Source: an uncultured Candidatus Bathyarchaeia archaeon
GTDB taxonomy: Archaea > Thermoproteota > Bathyarchaeia > Bathyarchaeales > Bathyarchaeaceae
NCBI GenBank assembly: GCA_964556565.1
Contig: CAZKWF010000002.1
Location: 107,499-163,511 of the forward strand
Direction: 5' to 3'
Length of the DNA: 56,013 bases
This document shows, one piece after another, positions 27,621 through 36,545 of this stretch. The stretch's first letter is position 1, and the number at the start of each line of letters is the position of its first letter. The position numbers and the translations under genes are program-made. The notes beneath the pieces are model-generated. The model did not search any database and was not told the DNA's origin. It was given only the letters and a program-made list of their open reading frames with translations.

Positions 27621-28652
27621 ATGAGCAAAATCAGCGAAGATTTAGCAGAAATGAAGAAGAAACTGAAAAGATACATTGACAAAGGGCGCGAAGTAGGCTA
27701 TCACATGATTAGGGAGGAGCCGGTGATAGCGGTTAAGCCTGATAAATCCAAGATAAAGCCTTTGAGAAAAATGAAAGGCCGTAACGTAAATTCTCTGGCC
27801 GTAGACTGCTCAACCAGAACTTTGAAGAGAGCAAATAACTGGGGCATTTACCTCATGCGGGCAGCATACGCCTCTGTGGAGGAGCGCAACGTGAATTGGG
27901 GTTATGAGGAAAGTATCGTCAGTGTGGTTGGAGATCGCCGAACACGCTCTAATTTCTTAAAAGATAGAAGACTGCAATTAGAAAGCGAAATGGCTTTGAA
28001 AATTCTTTACGAAGAGTCTGAAAGTGATGATGTGGGCGTAAGTAGGAAGGCTCTTCGTAGACTAGATGAAGGAGATTATATTCTTCTGGATGGAGCCAGC
28101 TTCTTTGGCGGAAAGAGGGGGTTCTATACCTCACTTTACGAAGAGGCTCTTCGTAAAAGGGTCACTCTCCTTGCTGTAAGTAAACAGTCTCCGATGCTTC
28201 ATGATGAAAAGGGACGAGATCTTATGGCAGCAACATATATGCTCACGTCTTATCCAATCTGGGTTTACTACCCAGTTAGAGAAGCAAATAAAGATAAACA
28301 TCTATACGGAGATGTGTCTATTGTGAAATTGTGTGAAGATAGCTTACACGCTTTTCGTTGTGATATAATGGAATATTTGACTAATCGCGAGGTATCTGAG
28401 TTACTTTCTCCACTCACGGCAATCTCAGAAGATCCAAGATGCCTAGGGTACCCGATTACCCTTTGGCTTGCCCATGATTTTTCTGCTCCATCTGACTCAA
28501 AACTCCTTCACCATCATGATCAAGTTGAGGAAACACTAGCTAGCGCCGGATTCTTAAATATACTTCGGGTTGAAGAGCTCTCATGCAGTTTTCCAGATGA
28601 ACTTCATGGTGTAAAACATCCATTTCAATGGGAGCGGATTGAACACGCCTGA
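27621..28652 (+). CDS. nurA: NurA-family nuclease (divergent)
   Basis: LAVDCS (usually DGS), LESEMAL, ILLDGAS, AVSKQS, LGYPITLWLAHDFS. Confidence 0.8.
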   Translation: MSKISEDLAEMKKKLKRYIDKGREVGYHMIREEPVIAVKPDKSKIKPLRKMKGRNVNSLAVDCSTRTLKRANNWGIYLMRAAYASVEERNVNWGYEESIVSVVGDRRTRSNFLKDRRLQLESEMALKILYEESESDDVGVSRKALRRLDEGDYILLDGASFFGGKRGFYTSLYEEALRKRVTLLAVSKQSPMLHDEKGRDLMAATYMLTSYPIWVYYPVREANKDKHLYGDVSIVKLCEDSLHAFRCDIMEYLTNREVSELLSPLTAISEDPRCLGYPITLWLAHDFSAPSDSKLLHHHDQVEETLASAGFLNILRVEELSCSFPDELHGVKHPFQWERIEHA

Positions 28653-30183
28653 GCCCGCAGGGTTTGTCCGTGAGGTAAAGGGAGATAAAGTTTCCTTCTT
28701 CCTCAACAGAGGAACTGACCTCTCATTCGGCCAGATCGTTAGGATAGACTCAGACAATAGAAGCTTCTATGCACGTGTCGTGGATGCTGGGAGTTCCTCC
28801 ACGCTAAAGACGGATGAGCAACTTCGTGAAGCAGAGGGGAAGGAATCCTTTGGGCCATACTCTAGCTATAGGCATGTTGATGCAATCCTTTTCCTTGAGA
28901 AAAACCTCGGGAAGATTCGTTCTCCAACTTTTAACCCGGATTATATGGACAAGGTGTATGCGGCTAGTGATGAGGACTGTTCGGTTTTAAGGCTTGCAGG
29001 GGAGTTGGGGATAGGGCGTTTACGTTCAGGGGAGCATGTGCTTGGCCCTGTCGGTATAAGTGTTGAGGCTATTCCTTTGATGATGGGAATGTTTGGAATG
29101 ACAGGATGTGGAAAGACGAATTGTGAATTGATGCTCAACGCTCGGATTATAGATTCAAGCCCAAGGACTGTTGGGTTAATTTTTGACTTTGCAGGCCAGC
29201 TTCTTGAGGGAAAAGGGATAGCGCCTCAACGAGGCCTGAGGGATCATCCACTCTTTCACACAAAAGTTCGTTATTACTCGGCTAGAGAGCAGAAGATGCT
29301 TGTTGGTCTATATACAATTCGTCCTCAAAAGCTTTCAACACTCTTTCCTGACATTTCACATCATCAAGTTAGGCTTGCTCAAAAACTTTACAAGAGTTTG
29401 GGGAACACTTGGATAGAACAGTTGCAAGAAGCCTATAGCATAGGCGGACATAAGGGGGTGGCTGAGCTTACCGATTACAAGGGCAAAGCCGTGATAGATG
29501 CCCTTATGCTGAAGCTTTCAAGTTTGTCTCCACATCTTTTTCCGCCGTCTGACTACAGTTTCGTTGACGATGTAGTACAGAACGTTGGTCAAGGCGTCAC
29601 ATGCCTCGTCGATATTTCAGGTCTCAGTTCCGAGGAACAATATGATGTTACCTGCCTCACAGCTTCTAGCGTGGCTCTCTACTACAAGAGGTTGTGGGAG
29701 AGTAATTTTGGTGAGTGGAAAAAGCTTCCAACCCTTTTGATAACTCTTGAAGAGGCCCATGAGTTCCTTGATCCAAACATGCCTAAAACAATATTCTCGG
29801 ATATTGCACTGACATATCGAAAGTATAGGGTGGGACTGAACGCGGTGACACCACGGCCTTCAAGAATAAATCCTAATGTCTTCGCTGAGCTTTGGACCAA
29901 GGTTGTCATGAAGACAGAGTTGCGACGTGACAGGGTTTACCTAACGGACAACACGCCGTATCTTGAGTACAGTGACACTGAGATAAAGATGCTTGATGTT
30001 GGGGAAGCTTTGCTTATCTCAGAGCCTAAAATCCGATTCGCAGTTCCGATAAAGGTTACTCATTATCCCGAGTATCTCAAAGAGCAGAAAAAGGTTGACT
30101 ACAAGCTCTCCATGTCAAAACCACTTTCTGAAATGGATAAAAAGCTCAAAAAGCTTCGTGAAGCTGGAAAAACAAGTTTGTGA
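28639..30183 (+). CDS. herA: HerA/FtsK-family ATPase with N-terminal HAS barrel
   Basis: HAS-like beta N-terminus, Walker A GMTGCGKT, Walker B ITLEEAHEF, YRKYRVGL arginine-finger region. Overlaps nurA. Confidence 0.85.
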   Translation: MNTPEPAGFVREVKGDKVSFFLNRGTDLSFGQIVRIDSDNRSFYARVVDAGSSSTLKTDEQLREAEGKESFGPYSSYRHVDAILFLEKNLGKIRSPTFNPDYMDKVYAASDEDCSVLRLAGELGIGRLRSGEHVLGPVGISVEAIPLMMGMFGMTGCGKTNCELMLNARIIDSSPRTVGLIFDFAGQLLEGKGIAPQRGLRDHPLFHTKVRYYSAREQKMLVGLYTIRPQKLSTLFPDISHHQVRLAQKLYKSLGNTWIEQLQEAYSIGGHKGVAELTDYKGKAVIDALMLKLSSLSPHLFPPSDYSFVDDVVQNVGQGVTCLVDISGLSSEEQYDVTCLTASSVALYYKRLWESNFGEWKKLPTLLITLEEAHEFLDPNMPKTIFSDIALTYRKYRVGLNAVTPRPSRINPNVFAELWTKVVMKTELRRDRVYLTDNTPYLEYSDTEIKMLDVGEALLISEPKIRFAVPIKVTHYPEYLKEQKKVDYKLSMSKPLSEMDKKLKKLREAGKTSL

Positions 30184-30190
30184 CATCACG

Positions 30191-30898
30191 TTAAGCTTTA
30201 GATTCCTTTTTTAGGATTTTTTGCATCTCTTTTTTGATGCTGTAAGCATATGGAATTTTTTGTACGTCACGTTCTAGATATCCTTCTTCGTACAGTTTTT
30301 TCATTAGGCGAGCGGTGTGCTCTCTTGTGAGTTTTACTCTTTCTCTAATTTCTGGGGCAGTCTTTTTTCCCTCTACAGCAAGAATCTCAAGTACGATTAG
30401 CTCAGTTTGCGTCAACGGGGCCAACGCACGTTCCCTCTTGATTGGAATCGCGGCCTCTATTTTCGACTCAGGTGTCACTGTGGGTTTGCGTCTAGCCTTT
30501 TCAACCTCTTCAATTCTTTTCATAATGTTCTCTTGTTTTGTGAATATTTCGTTCATTCTTTTGCCCATGGTTTCAATTTCCGCTGAAACTTTCCGTTCGA
30601 CTTCTGAAATAGGTTTCATTTCAGCGGTGAACTTTGCTAGTTGTCCATCGTACTCCTTCATTCTTTTTGCCGTTTTTTCACTCTGAGAAGCGGTTAACTC
30701 GGTTTTGTGAGCAACAACGTTGAGCCTGTTTTCTTGGGTCCGCAACTGTTTATTGAAACTTATGATAACGTCATCTACAACACTCTTCGCTTCGTCGTAC
30801 TCTCGATATGCTTTCCTTATTCGCCTATAATACAGGACAGCAGTGCCCCCGGTCATGAGTAATAAGAGAATTGTGGCTACTAAGAATGGGTCGTACAT
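30191..30898 (-). CDS. Membrane-anchored coiled-coil protein with C-terminal winged-HTH
   Basis: TM segment FLVATILLLLMTGGTAVLYY, a long E/K/Q/R-rich helical stalk, then LTQTELIVLEIL..TAPEIRERVKLTREHTARLMKKLYEEGYLERD. Confidence 0.82.
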   Translation of the reverse strand: MYDPFLVATILLLLMTGGTAVLYYRRIRKAYREYDEAKSVVDDVIISFNKQLRTQENRLNVVAHKTELTASQSEKTAKRMKEYDGQLAKFTAEMKPISEVERKVSAEIETMGKRMNEIFTKQENIMKRIEEVEKARRKPTVTPESKIEAAIPIKRERALAPLTQTELIVLEILAVEGKKTAPEIRERVKLTREHTARLMKKLYEEGYLERDVQKIPYAYSIKKEMQKILKKESKA

Positions 30899-30973
30899 GC
30901 TAAAGATTCTCCAAGCAGTTCAAGTACGTGAAGACAAAGGAACCTACGGCTTGTAATATGCCCCAGAAAAAGC

Positions 30974-31356
30974 GTGATTTGAACGTGACATCTGTGATCT
31001 GCATAAATATCACACATCACATTGTGCTATGAATGAACTTAAGGATTATGGTGAATGGACGCGAACAACGTTTATCCTGTGACGTGTGACATCACAAATG
31101 CCCCAGCTATTTTCGACTGGTATGGATAGGCGGTTGGGTATGCTCTGTGGAGTGTTTAAAGAAGTTATCACTCACTGAATCTTGCTGATTATGTTGTTTC
31201 TTGGTGGGTTCAATGTTGGCTGATGATGAGGATTGATGGTGGGACCTGTAATTGACCGTAAGGCTTTGTACGAGGCATTTTGTGGCTTGTAATTTTGGAA
31301 GATTAATGTATCACTTGGAGCGCCTTAGCGTCATTAGTGTGATGTGTGATATCACA
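30974..31356. repeat. Cluster of TGTGAYGTGTGAYATCACA boxes
   Basis: 31078-31096 TGTGACGTGTGACATCACA; 31338-31356 TGTGATGTGTGATATCACA; 31007-31021 reverse TGTGATGTGTGATAT. Partial copies at 26885, 27078 and 30179. Confidence 0.8.
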
Positions 31357-31909
31357 TCTTTCCCGACATGTTCTTCGGCTTAGATAATTGTTCTAGGCTG
31401 GCTTCTAGGTCCTTGCGAAGCATACTTATCACCGTTATATATTCATGCGTTGCTTTCCGTCCTCCTAAGGCTTCTCTATAGGCACTCATGTAGGTTTGCA
31501 GTTTGTTTGCGATTTCAATGTATGGATCTAGAAGTGTGCTTTCGAGGACTCCTACGTAGCCGAGAAGAAGAATCGTATAGACTGATTGAATGACATTCTT
31601 CTTGGCCTGCCTTAAAGTTCTGTTGAAAGCGCCGCGACTTACTGCTGATATTCGTAATTTGGCTTTTTCTTCGTATTTTAATGATTTTTGAGCTATATTT
31701 TCTGTTAGAGCGTCGATTAAGAGTGTTTCGAGCTGTGTTTTGGTTAAATTACTGTTTTCTGCGAGTGTTTTTGTAATTGGGTCGTCTATGGAGCGTTTTA
31801 GCCATTTTTGGGTTTTTTCCTTTAGTCGCAATTGTTTCACCGACGAGTTTTGCTTAAAGGATACAATTTTGTATACGGAGTAGAAAAGACTTGTGGTCTT
31901 TGTTAACAC
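31352..31909 (-). CDS. Hypothetical HTH-type protein
   Basis: NSNLTKTQLETLLID and VSRGAFNRTLRQAKKNV, a sigma70-r4/Tfx-like helix pair. The real start is probably GTG 31840 or TTG 31831. Confidence 0.72.
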   Translation of the reverse strand: MLTKTTSLFYSVYKIVSFKQNSSVKQLRLKEKTQKWLKRSIDDPITKTLAENSNLTKTQLETLLIDALTENIAQKSLKYEEKAKLRISAVSRGAFNRTLRQAKKNVIQSVYTILLLGYVGVLESTLLDPYIEIANKLQTYMSAYREALGGRKATHEYITVISMLRKDLEASLEQLSKPKNMSGKM

Positions 31910-31998
31910 TGTCTGCGTGGCTGATTCAACGTACTCTTCGTCGAAAGGTTGACAAACGTAAACATTTTATGCATAGAGGAGGATCATTGTGGTGAGGG

Positions 31999-33177
31999 TT
32001 GGTATTGGCAAAGCACTTCAGAACTGCATCGCGACTGAAAGGAATTAGCCCCTCTGATATTCGCCGCCTTTTTTCATTGGCACAGAGCATTCCTGGGGTT
32101 ATTAGCTTAGGGATAGGTGAACCAGATTTTGTGCCTCCACCGCATGTTCGAGACGCAGCTAAGCAGACTTTCGATGAAGGTAAAACGCACTATATGCATA
32201 CCGCAGGTATTCCAGAACTCCGCGTAGCTCTGACGAAAAAAACAAAGCGTGACTACGGTTTGTCGTATGATCCAGAGTCTGAGGTGTTAGTCACGGTTGG
32301 AGGAACGGAAGCGATTTTTTTGGCTTTGCTGACGGTGATAAATCCTGGCGACGAGGTATTAGTTCCTGATCCAGGGTTTGTCTGTTATAGACCCAGTATT
32401 TTGATGGCGGAAGGTATTCCTGTTTCTATGCCTCTGCTTGAGGAAAATGACTTTACGCTTAATGCCGAAGCTGTGATGTCTTTGATCACAAAGAAATCAC
32501 GTGTGATAATCATAAATTCTCCTAATAATCCAACAGGGTCTGTTTTCTCTCACGATGACTTGGCTGGGTTGGCAAAGCTTGCGGTGGAGCATGATTTGAT
32601 TGTGATTTCTGATGAGGTTTATGAAAAAATGACGTATGATGATGCCAAGCATTATTGTTTGCCTACTTTTTCTGGTATGCGTGAGCGTACGATAGTTGTG
32701 AACTCTTTTTCAAAGACGTACGCAATGACAGGTCTTCGTGTTGGCTACGCGTTGGGTCCTAAAGAGTTGATTGCTCCCATGATGTTGGCTCATCAATTTA
32801 CCACAGCATGCGTAAGTGGACCAGCACAATACGCTGCGATTTCAGCTCTAGAAGGACCGCAAAACTGTGTTAGGGATATGGTTCAGGAGTTTGAAAGGCG
32901 GCGTCGATTTCTTCATGCTAGACTTGATGAAATTGAAGGGTTTAGATGCGGTCTTCCTAAAGGAGCGTTTTACATGTTTCCAGATATCAAAGAGTTTGAG
33001 ATGTCGTCTAAAAAATTCGCTGCCCACCTTCTTAACAAAGCGAAAGTGGTGACTGTGCCAGGGTCTTCATTTGGAGAACGTGGCGAAGGTTATCTACGAT
33101 TTTCGTATGCTACTGCCCATGACAAAATCGAGGAAGCGTTGGACCGAATAGAAAAAGCTGTGAAAGGATTTAGATAA
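31999..33177 (+). CDS. Class I/II PLP-dependent aminotransferase (aspartate aminotransferase-like)
   Basis: LGIGEPDF, GIPELR, NSPNNPTG, SDEVYE, SFSKTYAMTGLRVGY. Confidence 0.93.
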   Translation: MVLAKHFRTASRLKGISPSDIRRLFSLAQSIPGVISLGIGEPDFVPPPHVRDAAKQTFDEGKTHYMHTAGIPELRVALTKKTKRDYGLSYDPESEVLVTVGGTEAIFLALLTVINPGDEVLVPDPGFVCYRPSILMAEGIPVSMPLLEENDFTLNAEAVMSLITKKSRVIIINSPNNPTGSVFSHDDLAGLAKLAVEHDLIVISDEVYEKMTYDDAKHYCLPTFSGMRERTIVVNSFSKTYAMTGLRVGYALGPKELIAPMMLAHQFTTACVSGPAQYAAISALEGPQNCVRDMVQEFERRRRFLHARLDEIEGFRCGLPKGAFYMFPDIKEFEMSSKKFAAHLLNKAKVVTVPGSSFGERGEGYLRFSYATAHDKIEEALDRIEKAVKGFR

Positions 33178-33502
33178 GGACTCCTGCCTTTTCTAGAAGT
33201 TCTCTTAATTCTTTTTCAATGTCCTTGTTCTTTCTATATGTTTCGAGCAGTTGATGCGTTGCGTAGCCTTCTTTCCGCGACTCTTCTGTTAGGGGTTTCA
33301 TTTTGAGTTCTTGAGCCTGAATATTCGGGTGGGTTTTCATGGTGATGTATGCTCGTGAGATGTTTGCTATGGTGGCTTCTTGAAAGATCATGGTTGATTC
33401 GTTTTTAAGTTTCATGCAGACTCGCAGGTGTTTATGGCCTTCAGGTGTTCCTATTAACACTTGATTTACATCTTCGTTTCGGATTACGTGGATTTTGTTC
33501 AC
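33170..33502 (-). CDS. Hypothetical protein
   Basis: 110-aa ORF co-oriented after the nitrilase gene; no motif recognised. Confidence 0.65.
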   Translation of the reverse strand: MNKIHVIRNEDVNQVLIGTPEGHKHLRVCMKLKNESTMIFQEATIANISRAYITMKTHPNIQAQELKMKPLTEESRKEGYATHQLLETYRKNKDIEKELRELLEKAGVLI

Positions 33503-33512
33503 TGCGTGTGCC

Positions 33513-34367
33513 TCACAGATTTTCTGCTTGTTCTTTCAAGGAGTTGAAGAGTTCTGGTCTCAGGTCGCGGAGGGTTGGGACAAAAGTTTCTATTCGTTCT
33601 AAGTCGGCGTAGGCGATGCTTCCTGTTGCTAGGTCTTCTTCGTCGTATTTGGCTTGTGTGGTGATTCTGCCGTTTGGGGCTATGAGTCTGCTTCCTCCCC
33701 AAAATTGTAGGCCGTTTTCCACGCCGACAAGATTGACGTAGGCTAGAAAAACGGTGTTTTCAATGGCTCTGGCGGCGGTTAGTACTTCAAAGAATTTGCG
33801 TCGTCTGGCTGGAGAGGCTGATATGCAGATTATGAATTGGGCGCCTTTCAGTCTTAATAGGCGGGAGATTTCTGGGAAAAACACGTCATAGCAGATTATT
33901 AACCCTAGTTTTCCGATTTCTGTCTCAAATACTGGTGTTTGATATCCTAGTCTAAAATAGCGTTTTTCTTCGAAGACGCTGTGTGTTGGTAGGTGCATTT
34001 TTCGGTATTTGCCGATGAATCCTTTGGGGCCTAACAGAACTGCTGTATTATAAAGGACTGCACGTGCTTTTTCGCTTCGCTCCAGCATCCCGAAGATCAC
34101 GTGGATGTTTTCTTTTTTTGAGGTTTCTTCTAGGAGTTTGACTGATGGTCCTGGGATGGGTTCTGCCAGTTCGTAGGCGAGGTCTCGGGTTGTGTAGCCG
34201 GTTAATGAGAGTTCTGGGAAAATAATGATGTTTGCGTCTCTGTTTTTTGCTTCTTCAACTTTTTGCTTCATCTTGTTTATGTTATGTTTTTTGTCTCCGA
34301 TTTTACAGCTCATTTGTGCGAGAGCCACATTAATCTCCTTTAACATTCGTTTTCCCTCCGTAATCAT
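33513..34367 (-). CDS. Carbon-nitrogen hydrolase (nitrilase family), probable glutaminase partner of NadE
   Basis: Glu-Lys-Cys triad: FPELSL, YRKMHL, ICYDVFFPE. Confidence 0.9.
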   Translation of the reverse strand: MITEGKRMLKEINVALAQMSCKIGDKKHNINKMKQKVEEAKNRDANIIIFPELSLTGYTTRDLAYELAEPIPGPSVKLLEETSKKENIHVIFGMLERSEKARAVLYNTAVLLGPKGFIGKYRKMHLPTHSVFEEKRYFRLGYQTPVFETEIGKLGLIICYDVFFPEISRLLRLKGAQFIICISASPARRRKFFEVLTAARAIENTVFLAYVNLVGVENGLQFWGGSRLIAPNGRITTQAKYDEEDLATGSIAYADLERIETFVPTLRDLRPELFNSLKEQAENL

Positions 34368-34394
34368 ATTCTACTATTTTCATTGAGAAAAGGC

Positions 34395-35255
34395 TTAGTA
34401 TGGTGTGTAGGGAAGTCTGAAGTCGGCTCCAACCGTCCTGTATCCCAGCTTTGTTGTTAGGGGTGTCCGCCGCTTGTGCTCAGTTGCTAGCCATCGCTTC
34501 TTAATGCCATCAACCAGTTTTATAGAGAGGTTTAATTGTTTTGCAATTTCCTCTGTTGTCATGAAGCGTTCTAAGCCGAATAGAATCAAGTCCAGTGTTT
34601 CATATTTGACGCCTAATTCTTCCTCTGCTAGTTGGTCAGGCCAGAGTCCCGGTGTTGAAGGCTTCGTAACTATTTCAGTGGGGACGTCTATGTGCAAAGC
34701 TAGTTGCCTCACCTGCGTCTTATAGATATCCATAAGAGGTGAAATATCCGCGGCAACGTCTCCCCATTTTGTGAAGTATCCCATCATGGTCTCAGACTTG
34801 TCTGAACTGCCACACACTATCTTCTTGAGTTCATTAGCGTAATAATAAAGGTAAACCATTCGGATTCTCGCCTTTACGTTTCCTTTGCTGAGCTTGTCAG
34901 AGGCGTCGTAAATTGGAAGGGATTGAAAACAAGCGTTTAAGGTGGGTGAGATGTCAATAGTCTCCAGTTTGAAACCAAATTTTTCCGCAACCAGTTTTGC
35001 ATGCTGAACATCAATAGCGTTATACGTTTCTTCTTCCGGCAGTGTGATGCCCAACACCTTGCGGCCTCCCAGAGATAGAGCGGCGAGAGCGGCTGTTGTG
35101 CAACTGTCTATACCACCAGATACTCCTAGGACTACGCCAGTTGCTCCGCATTTTTCTATGTAGTCTTTGATGAACCGTTTGATTCTAGTTTCAACTGATG
35201 GTGAATCTAGTTTTAAGCGTTCTTTTGTCAGTTTCAATGTTAAGGCTCCTTGCAT
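34395..35255 (-). CDS. nadE: NAD+ synthetase
   Basis: GVSGGIDS, GNVKARIRM, GYFTKWGD, KPSTPGLWPDQ, EHKR. Confidence 0.96.
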   Translation of the reverse strand: MQGALTLKLTKERLKLDSPSVETRIKRFIKDYIEKCGATGVVLGVSGGIDSCTTAALAALSLGGRKVLGITLPEEETYNAIDVQHAKLVAEKFGFKLETIDISPTLNACFQSLPIYDASDKLSKGNVKARIRMVYLYYYANELKKIVCGSSDKSETMMGYFTKWGDVAADISPLMDIYKTQVRQLALHIDVPTEIVTKPSTPGLWPDQLAEEELGVKYETLDLILFGLERFMTTEEIAKQLNLSIKLVDGIKKRWLATEHKRRTPLTTKLGYRTVGADFRLPYTPY

Positions 35256-35402
35256 TCTGTTTCTATGATTTCTTTTATAACTAAAGTTTACTCTTTCTTG
35301 CTTCTTCGTTTATGCGTTGGGAGAAATATTTAAGCGATAGTAATATAGTGGAGATGTGGCAAATCTCTATCTTGATTGTTATGTTCATGCAGAGGATTTG
35401 GC

Positions 35403-35645
35403 ATGGGTAGAAGAAAAAGAAAAGTAGTTCGCATTCCTAAAAAGCGGTTGCCCAAGGTTTTCTTATGTCCTAAATGCGGAAAAGAAGCTATCAGAATTGA
35501 ATTCTTTGAGGGGCGTGAGCAAGCCACGGTGCGTTGTGGGAGTTGCGGTTTGAGTGAGGAGTTACCTGCTAAACCAGCCTTTCAGGCGATCGATGTCTAT
35601 TGTCGTTTCACTGATAAATTCTATTCTGGAACCGTTGCCAAATAA
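35403..35645 (+). CDS. elf1: Transcription elongation factor Elf1-like zinc ribbon
   Basis: [28 protein letters not shown]. Confidence 0.88.
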   Translation: MGRRKRKVVRIPKKRLPKVFLCPKCGKEAIRIEFFEGREQATVRCGSCGLSEELPAKPAFQAIDVYCRFTDKFYSGTVAK

Positions 35646-35657
35646 TGAGGATCGGTT

Positions 35658-36434
35658 ATGATTGGGCGAGTGGAAAAGTACCTACTGAATAAGATTAAGA
35701 AAGACGGGGCTATTCACTTAACTCTCATTGACCCCGAAAAAGTGTCTCTCAAATCAGCCTCTCGCATAGCCCGTGAAGCAGAGTCCAGCAAGACGGCATC
35801 TATCATGATTGGCGGATCTACCATTGTTTCCACTTCCCGTTTAAATAATACTATAAAAGCAATAAAGAAGGCAGTTGGCATTCCAGTGATTCTTTTCCCT
35901 AATAACGTAACAGGTATCAGCAAACACGCCGATGCCATATGGTTTATGTCGCTTCTCAACTCCTTGGACCCATACTTTATCGTGGGTGCGCAAGTCTTGG
36001 GTGCTCCACTCGTCAGAAAGTTTGATTTGGAAGCCATTCCACTCGGTTACATAGTTGTTGGAGAAGGCGCCACAGTAGGTGTTATAGGACGAGCCAGTCC
36101 GATTCCATATGATAAGCCAGAACTTGCTGCTGCACATGCATTGGCGGCGCAGTATCTTGGCATGCGGTTTGTGTATTTGGAGGCGGGGTCTGGGGCTAAA
36201 CAACCTGTGCCAGATGAAATGATTAGGATAGTGAAGGATCTTGTTGGTGTTCCTTTGATTGTTGGTGGGGGCCTGAGAAGTGGTGGGCAGGTGAAGGAGA
36301 AGGTGAAGGCTGGGGCTGATATAATTGTCACTGGTAATGTTGTGGAAGAGTTTGAAGCTAAAGATAAGGTTGAAGAGTTGGTGAAACAGGTGAAATGGTA
36401 TCGAAGGGCCTTGAAGCGGCCTAAACGTAGATGA
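35658..36434 (+). CDS. Geranylgeranylglyceryl phosphate synthase (group II)
   Basis: HLTLIDPEK, ILFP, SLLNS, YLEAGSGA, VGGGLR. Confidence 0.93.
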   Translation: MIGRVEKYLLNKIKKDGAIHLTLIDPEKVSLKSASRIAREAESSKTASIMIGGSTIVSTSRLNNTIKAIKKAVGIPVILFPNNVTGISKHADAIWFMSLLNSLDPYFIVGAQVLGAPLVRKFDLEAIPLGYIVVGEGATVGVIGRASPIPYDKPELAAAHALAAQYLGMRFVYLEAGSGAKQPVPDEMIRIVKDLVGVPLIVGGGLRSGGQVKEKVKAGADIIVTGNVVEEFEAKDKVEELVKQVKWYRRALKRPKRR

Positions 36435-36545
36435 TCCACTGTTTTTTTGAGTTCGCGTGGAATAATTCTGTTGCGTTCTCTTTGACTTGTTCTTGTTAGA
36501 AAAGTTGAATATGCACGTTACAGACTTTACTGAGGGAAAACCGTT

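Noticed and set aside
30974-31356. TGTGA repeats as a CRISPR array
   Set aside because: The repeats are short, irregularly spaced and in both orientations, with no cas genes.
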